NCBI GenBank assembly: GCA_034430425.1
Contig: DAOUEK010000007.1
Span: 1,090 to 65,089, forward strand
Source: Anaerolineales bacterium
GTDB taxonomy: Bacteria; Chloroflexota; Anaerolineae; Anaerolineales; E44-bin32
Direction: 5' to 3'
Length of the DNA stretch: 64,000 nucleotides
A program made the translations under genes and the position numbers. Within the stretch, counting starts at the first letter, position 1, and every line of letters starts with the position of its first letter. A model generated the notes under the pieces. That model searched no databases and was not told where the DNA came from. It saw nothing but the letters and a program-made list of their open reading frames with translations. This document shows, in pieces, positions 28,962-38,387 of this stretch.

Positions 28962-29744
28962 TCAATCTATCAAACCTTGATTCTTAATGTACTGCATAAA
29001 GGCATTCTTAGTTTCTGAACTGGCAAGCAAGTCGGCCACGATTTCGAGTTCAAGATCCTGGCTTTCGCGCAAGCTCAGGTCATAACCGGTATGGATGATC
29101 CGTTTGGATAGTTCCAAAGCTTTCGCAGGCACTTCAAGCAAGCGTCTGGCCAGATCCAATGCGGTTTGATCCAGTTCATCTGGCGCAACAATCTGATGAA
29201 TCAATCCATACCGCAGCGCCTTTTCTGCCCTGAAGCGCCCACCGAAATAAAGGATTTCCTTCGCTGCCGCCATGCCAGCCAGGCGCGTGATGCGTTTCGT
29301 GCCCCACAGTATCGGAAGCCCCATTTTGATCTCCGGTAGACCGAAAACCGTACGTTTGCTGGCGACCCGAAAATCACAACACAGCGCCAGCATCAATCCG
29401 CCCCCGAGGCAAAAACCATGCAGCTTGGCGATCGTCGGTTTCCCCAGAGATTCAAAATCATCCACACATCGCTGCATCTCGGCAATAAACCGGCGGTTAT
29501 CTTCTGCAGAAAAATCCATCCTTTCCGAAAGCATCTGGATATCAAGACCCGCTGAGAAATGGCGCCCTTCTCCCTGAAGGATGACCACTCTGGCATCGTC
29601 GTCTTCATGCAATTGTGTGGTGATCTCCTGCAGCTCGATCATTGAATTGAAATTCAGGGTATTGAGTGGATCGACGCCCTGGATGGCAAGCGTAAGGATT
29701 TGATCTTCTTTACTTACTTCCCAACTGCGGTATTCCATCGGCAT
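28962..29744 (-). CDS. Enoyl-CoA hydratase/isomerase (crotonase) family protein
   Basis: FSAGLDI, CLGGGLMLALCCDFR, FGLPEIKMGL, AEKALRYGLI. Confidence 0.92.
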   Translation of the reverse strand: MPMEYRSWEVSKEDQILTLAIQGVDPLNTLNFNSMIELQEITTQLHEDDDARVVILQGEGRHFSAGLDIQMLSERMDFSAEDNRRFIAEMQRCVDDFESLGKPTIAKLHGFCLGGGLMLALCCDFRVASKRTVFGLPEIKMGLPILWGTKRITRLAGMAAAKEILYFGGRFRAEKALRYGLIHQIVAPDELDQTALDLARRLLEVPAKALELSKRIIHTGYDLSLRESQDLELEIVADLLASSETKNAFMQYIKNQGLID

Positions 29745-30009
29745 CCTCTTTCTGAATTCATTTTACCGCTGCGCAATCAATGTTCTAGGTCAACGTAGAA
29801 AACCATTAGACGAGTTTCAGCTGATATCGGACTATTGTACAATAACGAAAAGCTTCCATTTGATTGTGCAGTAGGGTAATGGAGCTTATTGTCGTTTCCA
29901 GATCTACCAGTAGCTCTTTCGGATTTACAGATCTTCAACCTTGCATCTGTAGAACAACAATGAGCATATACACAGGATGGTTTGAGATATCCTCCAGGAG
30001 AATGCAATC

Positions 30010-30186
30010 ATGGTCGAATACAATGGGAAAGAAATCCGCTGTGGGGAATGTCCTCTACGTAAACGTGCAGAGGCCAGGCCGAACTCGCTGATTGCCCGTT
30101 TCTGGCGCTGGCATACCACCTGGTGTCCCGGATGGAAAGTTTATCAGCAATACTTATCCGAACAGGAAGGCTCGCCTGAAGGATAG
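30010..30186 (+). CDS. Small 58-aa protein with CxxC and WRWHxxWCPGW motifs (below ORF-track cutoff)
   Basis: Manual translation MVEYNGKEIRCGECPLRKRAEARPNSLIARFWRWHTTWCPGWKVYQQYLSEQEGSPEG*; AGGAG RBS at 29996-30000. Confidence 0.8.
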   Translation: MVEYNGKEIRCGECPLRKRAEARPNSLIARFWRWHTTWCPGWKVYQQYLSEQEGSPEG

Positions 30187-30491
30187 CATCCAACCGGAGT
30201 AAATGTACCCACAAGATTGAATGTTCGTCCTGAAAAAATATTAGGTTCAAGTTGCGAGATCAATTGCGAATTGTGAATTCTCTCTTTGCATATTTCCGTG
30301 TGTTACATTCCACCTGCCGTCTCGATCCAATCGCCGAGCGGCCACCCCCATGCTAAAATTGCCGCGTTGCTACAATTCTCGGTGCCGCGAGATAGGGAGC
30401 ATTATTCACTTCGTGTGCCACATGCCGAAGATCTGCCTGAGAGCAGGACTCAAACGCCAACTTCCAGGCATGAGAACACGGAGGTAACTTC

Positions 30492-31490
30492 ATGCCAGCA
30501 GCGAAGGAATTGAATTATAAGTTTCGCTTCGTTCGCAATAAAAACGCCATTGGATTATTCGCCAAAAAAGCCACCGCTACAGACCGGGAATTAATCCTCG
30601 CTAAAGAACCAATCGACTACGCCGACATCATTAACAGCACCTGCCGAGATCAACGCATTGCTCTTTCAATCGCGCCGGAAGCAACTTTAGGCGAAAATAC
30701 GCGCAAAGCCCTCCAGGCAGATCAGATTTTGGTCCTGGAAGTCTCCCAAGGTAGAACCAATGACCTGGAGAGGCACATTGATCGTGCATCCTCGGCGATT
30801 CAAGCCGAGCAGCATCGTCAGGAACTGATCAACGCTGGCAAAGCCAACCGCTTCCACAGTATCCAATGTTCAAATTGTCAGGCAACTATTGATCTCTCGG
30901 ATTTCAACCGTACGTCTTACGTTTATTGTCGATACTGTGAATCGATCATCAAATCAAGCGGTGAGATTGTCACACCCGGCGATTCATACCGCATTTGTGA
31001 TGAATGCGGAATGTTCGATCGCGTCCGAGAGTATACCCACTTCAACTTCTATTTTCTACTTGTTGTTTACGGTTTTTCCTACCACCGCGTTCATGTCTGT
31101 GATAACTGTGCCGTGCATCTAGCCAAACTCGCGCTGCCGCGAAACCTGGTCTTCATCCTGGGTGTACCCTCGGCAATCTACATGTGGATCAAAGCCATTA
31201 CCGGGCGTGATCCTTCTCTGCGAGCCTTAGCCAAGGCCAACGCCCTCGCCCGCAAAGGGAAATTCAAAGAAGCGGATGAAATCTACGTCCAATTTGCTGG
31301 ACCATACCCCGAACATCCCGCGCTGCTGCGCAACCGCAGTCTTGGACATCTCTACGGAAACAACCTCAATGCCGCCGCCAGTCTGCTCAGCCGCTCGCTT
31401 AAATCCTGTAACAACTACCTACCATCGTTACAACTTGCACGCCGGTTGAAACAGGCTGCTTCGAAAGTCAAAGAACCCAATCACATCTAA
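30492..31490 (+). CDS. Hypothetical protein with two Zn-ribbon CxxC pairs, TM hairpin and C-terminal TPR-like helices
   Basis: CSNC..CRYC, CDEC..CDNC, hydrophobic segments, helical A/L-rich tail; GAGG RBS. Confidence 0.7.
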   Translation: MPAAKELNYKFRFVRNKNAIGLFAKKATATDRELILAKEPIDYADIINSTCRDQRIALSIAPEATLGENTRKALQADQILVLEVSQGRTNDLERHIDRASSAIQAEQHRQELINAGKANRFHSIQCSNCQATIDLSDFNRTSYVYCRYCESIIKSSGEIVTPGDSYRICDECGMFDRVREYTHFNFYFLLVVYGFSYHRVHVCDNCAVHLAKLALPRNLVFILGVPSAIYMWIKAITGRDPSLRALAKANALARKGKFKEADEIYVQFAGPYPEHPALLRNRSLGHLYGNNLNAAASLLSRSLKSCNNYLPSLQLARRLKQAASKVKEPNHI

Positions 31491-31599
31491 GCCCTCCCGG
31501 TAATTGGAACGAAATCCAGTTCACATCGACATCACCTGATTTAGCTGTTGTAAAGCAGCGGATAGGGATTCTGATGTTTTGAAGAACCTCCCCATATCC

Positions 31600-31617
31600 C
31601 TGTGACATATTTCACTA
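31600..31617. promoter_or_regulatory. Putative Rex/CRP-like operator CTGTGACATATTTCACTA upstream of hdrA
   Basis: 15/18 match to the Rex consensus TTGTGAAATATTTCACAA; TGTGA-N6-TCAC geometry; about 105 nt upstream of the hdrA start. Confidence 0.5.
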
Positions 31618-31722
31618 TCCACATCCACCTTCCGGGTCTAATATATTGGACAAGATTAGGCAAATATCCCACCTGCCTGGCGCCAATCGCGCCATTTGGG
31701 TTGTTTTTGGTGAAGGTACAAG

Positions 31723-34700
31723 GTGCCAGGAGATTGTCGTCCATTCCCCAGTAACGGAAGAGAGAAGGCCGAAAGCGTCCTCGTGATCGGAGGCGGCGTT
31801 GGTGGTATGCGTGCCGCCATCGATCTGGCTGAGGCCGGAATCCACACCTATTTACTCGAACATACCCCCTCGCTGGGTGGGCGCGTCTCCCAACTCGGTT
31901 TCATGTTTCCAACACACGACTGCGTACTCTGCCGGGGTACCTCCGACCATGGATTCGGTTGTACACGGCCTTCAATCACCCCCGCCTTACTGGATCAAAA
32001 CAAACACCCCAACATCACCATCCTCACTTCAACCGACCTGATCAGCTTCGAGGGGCAGGCTGGCGATTTCAGGGTGACACTTGGCGAGCGAGCGAAAATC
32101 GTCAACCCAAGCCTTTGCATAAATTGCGGTCGATGTGCCGAAGTATGCACGCAAGTCCGTCCCAGCGAATTTCAACTTGGATTGAGCACTCGCAAGACCA
32201 TCGATAAATCGGCTCCTCGCTCCCTGCCGAATGCATATTACATATTGGAGAAAAGCGACTACTGCGATGACTGCCGAAAATGCCTGGCCGTTTGTCCTAC
32301 ACAGGCTATCGATCTCGATGCTCAACCGAGAAACCACGAGATTCATGTCGGCGCAGTAATCCTGGCGATGGGATTCCAGCCCTTCGATCCATCCTCGATG
32401 CCAGAATTAGGCTACGGCCGGATTCCGAATGTGATCACTTCGATGCAGTACGAGCGCCTGGCCTCCCGTTCAGGTCCCACGGAAGGTATCGTCAGACGCA
32501 TATCGGATGGGGAAGTCCCAAAACGCATTGCCTGGCTGCAATGCATTGGCTCACGCGATCAAGTAAATCCATACTGCTCATCCATCTGCTGTATGTACGC
32601 CACCAAAGAAGCCATGCTGGCCAAACAACGCGATTCCAGCATCGACTGTCACATTTTCACAATGGATGAGCGGGCTTTTAATAAGGAATACAATCAATAC
32701 TACCGTCAAGCCCGAGATGATTTCGGCATCCATTACACACGCTGCCGCATCTCATCTATCGACGAAGACCCATCGACAGGAGAAGCCATCCTGCGCTACC
32801 CCTCTGGGCGCATGCACGGTGAATCTTCTCCCGGCCAGGGTAGAGTGCAAGAAGCGCGCTTCGATCTTATCGTCCTGGCCGTGGGTATTCGGCCTCCAAA
32901 GGGCGCCATCGATATTGCCAAGAAGCTGGGGATCGCCATCAATGAATATGGCTTCTGTGAAACAGATAAATTTTCGCCCCTGGCCACTTCCCGTCCGGGC
33001 GTTTTCGTCTGCGGTGCTTTCGCTTCCCCCAAGGAGATCGCAGAAACCATCCTGGATGCATCAGGTGCAGCGGCCGAAGCCATGCGTATCATGCACGACC
33101 ATCTCGGGGAAAATACCTTCAGTCGGGCACAGCCCTTTCTGACAACACTTGATCCAGTCCAGGAGATGGAAGCAGATCACCTCGACCCAAAGATAGGTGT
33201 CCTGCTCTGCGGGTGCGCCGGCGAAATATCACAAGTCATCGACCTGCACAAAGTCGCCGATTTCGCCAGGACGTTGCCGGCGGTGGATCAAGTCGAGATT
33301 CATCCCCTCGCCTGTCTCGAAGACGGACAGGCTCAATTGCAGCGAATGGTGACCGAAGGTAAAGTCAACCGTATCGTCATCGCAGCCTGCAGCCACCGCA
33401 TGCATGAACCGCTTTTCCAGCGACTTGCATCAGAAGCGGGGCTCAATCCCTACTGGATCGAAATCGTCAACCTGCGCGAACACTGTTCCTGGGTACATGG
33501 CAACGATCCGAAAGGCGCCACGCGCAAGGCACGCGAACTGCTCCGAATTGGTGTCGAGCGCGTTCGTCAAGCAGATACCATTCACAAATTCCAGCGCCAA
33601 CCCAACCGGGCTGCCCTGGTGATTGGCGGAGGGGTGGCGGGAATGACATCCGCTCTAGGCATCGCCGACGCAGGTTTCGAAGTGCACCTGGTGGAGAAGA
33701 GTGGTGAATTAGGCGGCAATCTACATCATATTTACTTCGTCGCCGAGAATGCCAATCCCCAACGCCTTCTGCGAGATCTGGTTAACCGCATCCTGAGCCA
33801 TAAGCGCATCACCCTCCACCTGCACAGTCAAATTGTGCATCACACCGGAAGCGTGGGCGATTTCCGCGCGCGCATTCGCACAGTTAACGGCGATGACACT
33901 TATCAAGAGAGAGAAATTCGGCACGCAGCGGTTATCGTAGCAACGGGCGGCCAGGAGGCCAATGCGGACCGTTACCTGCTTGGACAGGATCCGAGTATCC
34001 TGCGTATGTCGGAATTGGAGGAAATGCTCGCACACCAACCCGAGCGTATAACGCGTCTGAAGTCCGTGGTGCTTATCCAGTGTGTGCAGCCCAAGGGTGA
34101 AGAAGAATATTGTTCACGAATTTGTTGCACCAATACGATTAAAAATGCCTCGCGCTTGAAAATGCTCAACCCACAATGCCAGGTAATCATCCTTTACAAA
34201 AACATCATCACCTACGGATTTCGAGAAAAATACTACCTGGATGTGCGTAAAAGAGGTGTGCTCTTCGTGCGTTACACCGATGCCACTCCGCCTCGGGTCC
34301 GTCTCGAAAAGAGGAACGACGGCATGAAAACCGTCGTCGAGGTAGACGAACATATCTTCGGGCGAACGCTGGTGTTCGAACCCGACATGATTGCATTGAG
34401 TATGTCGATTCAACCCTCGGTTGGCACCAGTAAACTAGCGCAGGTGTTAGGCGTCCCCAAATCACAAGAAGGCTTCTTCCTCGAGAGCCACTTGAAGATG
34501 CGGCCTATGGAATTTTATGATGAAGGTATCTTCCTGGCCGGCATGGCACATTATCCCAAATTCATCGAGGAAACAATCACGCACGCTATGGCCTGTGTTG
34601 GAAGAGCACTGACAATTCTAAGCCGCCCCAGTATCCAATTGGGCGGTGTTGTGGCAGAGATCGACCCTCAACGTTGCACCGGCTGCCTCACCTGTGTTCG

Positions 34701-34947
34701 CACCTGCCCATTCGGCATCCCTGAAATGCGTTACGACCAATGCGGTGTAGGACAACTCGGCGGAGCGGCCTGGATCGATCCGGCTCGCTGCCATGGTTGT
34801 GGAACCTGCTCGGCGGAATGTCCGGCCCGCGCCATTCAACTCATACAATATCGCGACGAGCAAATCAATTCTGCCCTCGGACAGTGGGTGCCCGACCTGC
34901 CGGTGGGGAATGAAACACAATCCCAATCCTTGAGGCTCGAGGAGTAA
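31723..34947 (+). CDS. hdrA: HdrA-family flavoprotein with two FAD modules and ferredoxin-like domains (no NAD(P)H-binding insert)
   Basis: Two GGGVxGM FAD motifs, WLQCIGSRD..YCSSICCMYATK, VNLREHCSWVH, C-terminal CTGCLTCVRTCP and CHGCGTCSAECP. Confidence 0.9.
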   Translation: MPGDCRPFPSNGREKAESVLVIGGGVGGMRAAIDLAEAGIHTYLLEHTPSLGGRVSQLGFMFPTHDCVLCRGTSDHGFGCTRPSITPALLDQNKHPNITILTSTDLISFEGQAGDFRVTLGERAKIVNPSLCINCGRCAEVCTQVRPSEFQLGLSTRKTIDKSAPRSLPNAYYILEKSDYCDDCRKCLAVCPTQAIDLDAQPRNHEIHVGAVILAMGFQPFDPSSMPELGYGRIPNVITSMQYERLASRSGPTEGIVRRISDGEVPKRIAWLQCIGSRDQVNPYCSSICCMYATKEAMLAKQRDSSIDCHIFTMDERAFNKEYNQYYRQARDDFGIHYTRCRISSIDEDPSTGEAILRYPSGRMHGESSPGQGRVQEARFDLIVLAVGIRPPKGAIDIAKKLGIAINEYGFCETDKFSPLATSRPGVFVCGAFASPKEIAETILDASGAAAEAMRIMHDHLGENTFSRAQPFLTTLDPVQEMEADHLDPKIGVLLCGCAGEISQVIDLHKVADFARTLPAVDQVEIHPLACLEDGQAQLQRMVTEGKVNRIVIAACSHRMHEPLFQRLASEAGLNPYWIEIVNLREHCSWVHGNDPKGATRKARELLRIGVERVRQADTIHKFQRQPNRAALVIGGGVAGMTSALGIADAGFEVHLVEKSGELGGNLHHIYFVAENANPQRLLRDLVNRILSHKRITLHLHSQIVHHTGSVGDFRARIRTVNGDDTYQEREIRHAAVIVATGGQEANADRYLLGQDPSILRMSELEEMLAHQPERITRLKSVVLIQCVQPKGEEEYCSRICCTNTIKNASRLKMLNPQCQVIILYKNIITYGFREKYYLDVRKRGVLFVRYTDATPPRVRLEKRNDGMKTVVEVDEHIFGRTLVFEPDMIALSMSIQPSVGTSKLAQVLGVPKSQEGFFLESHLKMRPMEFYDEGIFLAGMAHYPKFIEETITHAMACVGRALTILSRPSIQLGGVVAEIDPQRCTGCLTCVRTCPFGIPEMRYDQCGVGQLGGAAWIDPARCHGCGTCSAECPARAIQLIQYRDEQINSALGQWVPDLPVGNETQSQSLRLEE

Positions 34948-35030
34948 AGTGAAGGATAAGCTTCGTGACTTCCCATCCCACTCTCGCCCTGTCCTTCCTC
35001 CTTCAAGGTAGAGAACATCGAGTTTGAGAA

Positions 35031-35258
35031 GTGAAAAGTGCAGACACACAACTCAGACAGCAATATCTCGTTGAGCTGGATGAAACGCTCTGCGATGGAT
35101 GTCGTAAATGCCTGCCTGTATGCAGCTTTAGGGCATTAACTTGGGTGCGCGCCGATAATGAGCTGCTGATCGACACCTGGGCGTGCACTGGATGCGGGAC
35201 CTGTCTGACAGTGTGTCCCCAAAAAGCACTTACACTTCAACCCAGAGGCTCCAAATGA
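35031..35258 (+). CDS. 2x[4Fe-4S] ferredoxin
   Basis: CDGCRKCLPVC and CTGCGTCLTVCP motifs. Confidence 0.9.
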   Translation: MKSADTQLRQQYLVELDETLCDGCRKCLPVCSFRALTWVRADNELLIDTWACTGCGTCLTVCPQKALTLQPRGSK

Positions 35259-35704
35259 CTCCTGCTGATGATTTCTCGCCCGAAATCACTGTCTTCTCAT
35301 GCATATACTGCGCATCTATGGCCGCCGATACCGCCGGCGCATTACGCCTCGAATATCCCGCCAACATAAAGATCATCCGCCTGCCCTGCACAGGCAAGAC
35401 CGACGTGCAATACCTTCTCAACGCCTTTGAAGAAGGCGCCGATGGCGTTTACATCGTTGCCTGCAGCATGGGTAACTGTCACCATGAGCGGGGCAACGAG
35501 CGTGGATACGCAAGAGTGCAACGGGCAAAGAGCCTGTTGGAACAAATCGGCATCGAACCGGAGCGGTTGGAGATGTACTTCGTTTCAGGCGGTATGGGAG
35601 CTACCTTCGCCGAGATCGCCCGGGACATGACCGAACGCATTCGTGAACTTGGTCCCAATCCACTTAAGAAGAACTCGCCTCTACCCCAAAAAGAGCAAGC
35701 CTGA
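35255..35704 (+). CDS. mvhD: MvhD-family [2Fe-2S] subunit, Cys form
   Basis: FSCIYC, RLPCTGK, GADGVYIVACSMGNCHH; ATGA overlap with the ferredoxin stop. Confidence 0.92.
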   Translation: MTPADDFSPEITVFSCIYCASMAADTAGALRLEYPANIKIIRLPCTGKTDVQYLLNAFEEGADGVYIVACSMGNCHHERGNERGYARVQRAKSLLEQIGIEPERLEMYFVSGGMGATFAEIARDMTERIRELGPNPLKKNSPLPQKEQA

Positions 35705-35816
35705 CCGGTTTTCAATAACTCATACGCTTTAAGTTAAAAATTATCCGGAAAGATGAAATTTTCAGAGCGGAATTCAATGATCCGTCAACCAGATCATATT
35801 GGTGGCTGTTCTTAGT

Positions 35817-36848
35817 TCAAAGGTTTATCTTTATTGAACGCAAACGCTCCGCCACATCTTCCGCAGTCAGATCGCGCTGCGCTTCGGCCAACATCTCGAA
35901 TCCCACCAGGAATTTCTTTACCGTCGCCGAACGCAATAACGGGGGGTAATAATGGGCATGCAACTGCCAATGATCATTTGGTTCTTCACCGCATGGCGCA
36001 CCGTGCCAGCCCATCGAATACGGAAACGAAACATCGAAGAGTGCATCGTAGCGTAATAACAACTCTTTCATCACCTGCGCAAGTTGTTTTCGCTCTTCAT
36101 CACGTAAATCAGGCAACCTGAGAACATGGCGTTTGGGCAGAAGTAATGTTTCAAAAGGCCAGATCGCCCAAAAGGGAACCAATGCCACCCAACCCTCGTT
36201 TTCAACGACCACACGCTCACCAATCTCACGCTCTTCCTGCAGGTAATCCAGAAGTAACACGCCCCCTTCGCCTTCGGTGTACGCTCTCTGACTACGGTCT
36301 TCTTTCATCGGCTCGTTGGGTAATGTATCCAGCGCCCAGATCTGGCCATGGGGATGCGGATTCGAAGCCCCCATCATCGCGCCTTTATTCTCAAAGACCT
36401 GCACCCAACGATATGTCTGGCCCAAATCCGAGACCTGTTCCGCCCAACAGTCAATCACACGTCGGATCATCTCTGGATTCATTTCCGCCAACGTTAGATC
36501 ATGACGCGGGGAGAAACAAACCACCCGGCACGTCCCGCGAACTCCTGCGGAACGCAGCAGCCCGTTTTCCTCATCCGATGAATCAACGCCCTCCGGCAGC
36601 AAGGCCTGAAAATCGTTGGTAAAGACATACGTTTGTTCATACATGGGATTGACCACACCACCCACTCTTTGATTTCCCGGACAAAGGTAGCAATCCGGAT
36701 CGTACTTGGGGCGGTCCTCTCGAACTCGATCCTCGACCTCCCCCAGCCACGGTCGTTTGGCACGGTGGGGGGACACGAGCACCCATTCCCCGGTCAGGGC
36801 ATTATAACGTCTGTGCGGCTGTTCACGAAACGATTGCATATTATCCAT
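35817..36848 (-). CDS. galT: Galactose-1-phosphate uridylyltransferase
   Basis: [51 protein letters not shown]. Confidence 0.97.
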   Translation of the reverse strand: MDNMQSFREQPHRRYNALTGEWVLVSPHRAKRPWLGEVEDRVREDRPKYDPDCYLCPGNQRVGGVVNPMYEQTYVFTNDFQALLPEGVDSSDEENGLLRSAGVRGTCRVVCFSPRHDLTLAEMNPEMIRRVIDCWAEQVSDLGQTYRWVQVFENKGAMMGASNPHPHGQIWALDTLPNEPMKEDRSQRAYTEGEGGVLLLDYLQEEREIGERVVVENEGWVALVPFWAIWPFETLLLPKRHVLRLPDLRDEERKQLAQVMKELLLRYDALFDVSFPYSMGWHGAPCGEEPNDHWQLHAHYYPPLLRSATVKKFLVGFEMLAEAQRDLTAEDVAERLRSIKINL

Positions 36849-36899
36849 TCCCGAATACGATCCAAATTGCATCGACCCAGATCACAAAACCGTTTACGC

Positions 36900-36916
36900 T
36901 AACGTTATCGGTAACA
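36900..36916. promoter_or_regulatory. Second putative LacI operator (TAACGTTATCGGTAACA) upstream of galT
   Basis: 16/17 identical to 37063-37079 of the large palindrome. Confidence 0.6.
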
Positions 36917-37053
36917 ATATAACGGTCCGTACTCTTTATCGATTGAATTATTTCTCCTGCCCTTCCGTCAAAACCAGTACTACTACCCTGTAATATGACG
37001 AAAATCACTTGATTCGAAATCACTCGTTAGGGCATGCTAATAAATACAGCATA

Positions 37054-37079
37054 TGTTATCGATAACGTTATCGATAACA
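37054..37079. promoter_or_regulatory. 26-bp perfect palindrome TGTTATCGATAACGTTATCGATAACA, putative LacI/GalR operator
   Basis: Perfect symmetry; central TAACGTTA core typical of LacI-family operators; 13 nt upstream of the lacI-family gene. Confidence 0.75.
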
Positions 37080-37092
37080 ATTATAGGCAATT

Positions 37093-38127
37093 ATGGACCT
37101 AAAAACAAGAATCACGATCAAAGACGTTGCCCGCGAAGCGGGTGTTTCCACACAAACTGTGTCTCGTGTGTTAAATGAGCGGCCAGATGTCTCCTCCGAG
37201 ACGCGCTTGCGTGTGCAGCAGGTGATCGTCGAATTGGGATACTCGCCTAACGTTGTCGCTCGCAACTTGAGCCGCGGGCGCACCAGCACACTTGGCGTCA
37301 TCAGTTACGGTCTGATCTATTTCGGCTCATCAGGCGTTATTGCAGGTATCGAGAATAAAGCCAACGAACTTGGTTATTCCCTCACCCTCAGCCTGATTGA
37401 CCGCGTCGAACCTTCCAGAGTCGAAAGCATTATATATGACTTCCTGTCACGCCGTGTGGAAGGCATTATCTGGGCGGTGCCGGGAAATATCAATGTCGCT
37501 GACTGGCTGACAGAAAAATTTTCCGACGTACACATTCCAGTTATGTACATCAACATGGGCCACAATGGATCGGATTTCGTTGCCGCAATGGACAATCGCC
37601 TCGGCGGCCGACTCGCCACGGAACATCTGTTGCAGGTCGGTTACCAACGTGTTGGTATCATCACCGGTCCATATCACTGGTGGGAAGCACAGGAACGATT
37701 AATGGGCTGGCAGGAAACCGTCGAAGCGGCAGGATATTCCGATATCGACAGACTGATCGTCGAAGGCGATTGGAACGCGGCCAGCGGAGACGTCGGGCTG
37801 CACTCGCTGCTCGATCAAAGCCCGGAAATCGACGCCGTCTTCGTCTCCAACGATCAGATGTCGCTTGGAGCGCTTCAAGCCGCACGACGTCTGGGCTTAA
37901 ATGTGCCAGAAGATCTGGGCATCGTCGGTTTTGACGACATACCGGAGGCGGCGTACTTCTACCCATCCCTCACCACCGTCCACCAAGACACACAGAAATT
38001 GGGGGCGCTGGCCGTACAGCAACTCCATACCCTCATCCAAGCCGAGCAACGTGATGAAGCTCTTGAGCCGGAGATCGCGTGGGTAAAACCCCGCCTGATC
38101 ATCCGCAAGAGTTCCGCACGAACATGA
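37093..38127 (+). CDS. LacI-family transcriptional regulator (GalR-like by context)
   Basis: TIKDVAREAGVSTQTVSRVLN HTH, YSPNVVARNL, VGFDDI, PSLTTV. Confidence 0.95.
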   Translation: MDLKTRITIKDVAREAGVSTQTVSRVLNERPDVSSETRLRVQQVIVELGYSPNVVARNLSRGRTSTLGVISYGLIYFGSSGVIAGIENKANELGYSLTLSLIDRVEPSRVESIIYDFLSRRVEGIIWAVPGNINVADWLTEKFSDVHIPVMYINMGHNGSDFVAAMDNRLGGRLATEHLLQVGYQRVGIITGPYHWWEAQERLMGWQETVEAAGYSDIDRLIVEGDWNAASGDVGLHSLLDQSPEIDAVFVSNDQMSLGALQAARRLGLNVPEDLGIVGFDDIPEAAYFYPSLTTVHQDTQKLGALAVQQLHTLIQAEQRDEALEPEIAWVKPRLIIRKSSART

Positions 38128-38387
38128 ACCAACTATCGAGATTTTTGTTTACATCCCGTAAATGCGAGGCTCGATGGAGAATTCATTCAAGAACACCAAG
38201 GATATCGTTGCAGCCCCAAAATCTGAAACAAGCATGCAGCAATTACAAGCCACAAAGTGTAGTCCGTGAGCAATCGCGCCAATGAACCCGATACAGTAAA
38301 CGTGGGAGGAGGTGTCAATAGATCAATCACATCAGGTCCAACTTTGGAAAACGATACGGGTAAACCAAATCACATGAGGAGGATAGA

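Noticed and set aside
30008-30250. 80-aa minus-strand ORF in the gap
   Set aside because: No motifs; it overlaps the plus-strand 58-aa ORF, which has an RBS and a non-random C/H/W pattern.
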